From a virus: 64,000 nt of DNA. Both the position numbers and the translations under genes were made by a program. Where the stretch lies: positions 1 through 64,000 of the IMG/VR virus record IMGVR_UViG_3300046170_000371. One strand, written 5' to 3'. Each line of letters opens with the position of its first letter. The first letter of the stretch is position 1. This document shows, piece after piece, positions 63,609 through 64,000 of this stretch. The notes beneath the pieces were generated by a model. That model was given only the letters and a program-made list of their open reading frames with translations. It was not told the DNA's origin and searched no databases.

Positions 63609-63985
63609 CACATACCTAGCTTAGAAGGATTGTTGTAAATGCTTGCTAGTTCATTTGCTAGCTGCTGCCTATCATATTCATCAATATCTCCCCCTGCTTG
63701 AAGCTTACCCATAAGGCGAGCAGCAGGGCTTTCTGATTTCATGATTGAAGCCATGCCAGCACCTAATCCACCACCAAGGATTGCTCCTGTTAGTCCACCA
63801 GCTGCACGAAAGCCAGGACGCATTTTTGCCATGTTGCTTTTTTTGCCACCTGTCATCAGTTCACCAAGGGCATGTGGAAGCTGTCCTCCTGCTACACCCA
63901 TTGCTGAACCACCGATTGCTCCAAGCATTCCGGCAGTATTTTGTGCTTGTAGACGTTCTTGTTCGTCGTAAGCAGCTTTCATCAT
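63608..63985 (-). CDS. Glycine-zipper protein (may extend beyond the window)
   Basis: GAIGGSAMG and GGLTGAILGGGLGAG. Confidence 0.5.
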   Translation of the reverse strand: MMKAAYDEQERLQAQNTAGMLGAIGGSAMGVAGGQLPHALGELMTGGKKSNMAKMRPGFRAAGGLTGAILGGGLGAGMASIMKSESPAARLMGKLQAGGDIDEYDRQQLANELASIYNNPSKLGM

Positions 63986-64000
63986 TAATGCTTCTTGTAG

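Noticed and set aside
187-63971. Numerous short antisense or alternate-frame ORFs in the ORF track (e.g. 9583-9813, 49135-49512, 58996-59448)
   Set aside because: They overlap well-supported genes and show no recognisable motifs; treated as shadows
1-64000. Stop-codon reassignment
   Set aside because: Broken genes change frame rather than reading through in-frame stops; TAA, TGA and TAG all end intact genes

Overview
The window is part of a large dsDNA cyanophage genome, most likely infecting marine Synechococcus/Prochlorococcus: it carries psbA, psbD, hli and a cyanobacterial-type glutamine riboswitch. About 1-15 kb is a plus-strand accessory/host-takeover region: SSB-like OB-fold, HAD phosphatase, PD-(D/E)xK nuclease plus adenine MTase, two T5orf172/GIY-YIG proteins, type IV pilin(s), RlpA and photosynthesis genes. 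About 15-32 kb is nucleotide metabolism and replication: thioredoxin, IF-1, MazG, class I RNR alpha/beta, ThyX, SSBs, exonuclease, primase-VapE helicase, family A DNA polymerase. About 32-64 kb is mostly minus strand and late/structural: tyrosine integrase with a tRNA-Ser 3' fragment, GH19 endolysin, several tail-fibre-like genes. Many conserved genes are broken by single-base indels that look like read errors, so I merged the fragments. The most notable unexplained signals are: (1) a repeated intergenic hairpin-N12-TG(T/C)(C/T)C element, with ATG 14 nt further on in four copies, in front of accessory genes; (2) an attP-like tRNA-Ser 3' end plus terminator beside an intact integrase; (3) two related inverted-repeat elements (CTACGCTAA units around AT-rich cores) 27 kb apart; (4) three apparently catalytically dead enzyme homologues between primase and polymerase; (5) an internal SD/ATG that could yield a helicase-only isoform; (6) strong GATC depletion. 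All protein calls come from motif recognition by eye; no database searches were run.
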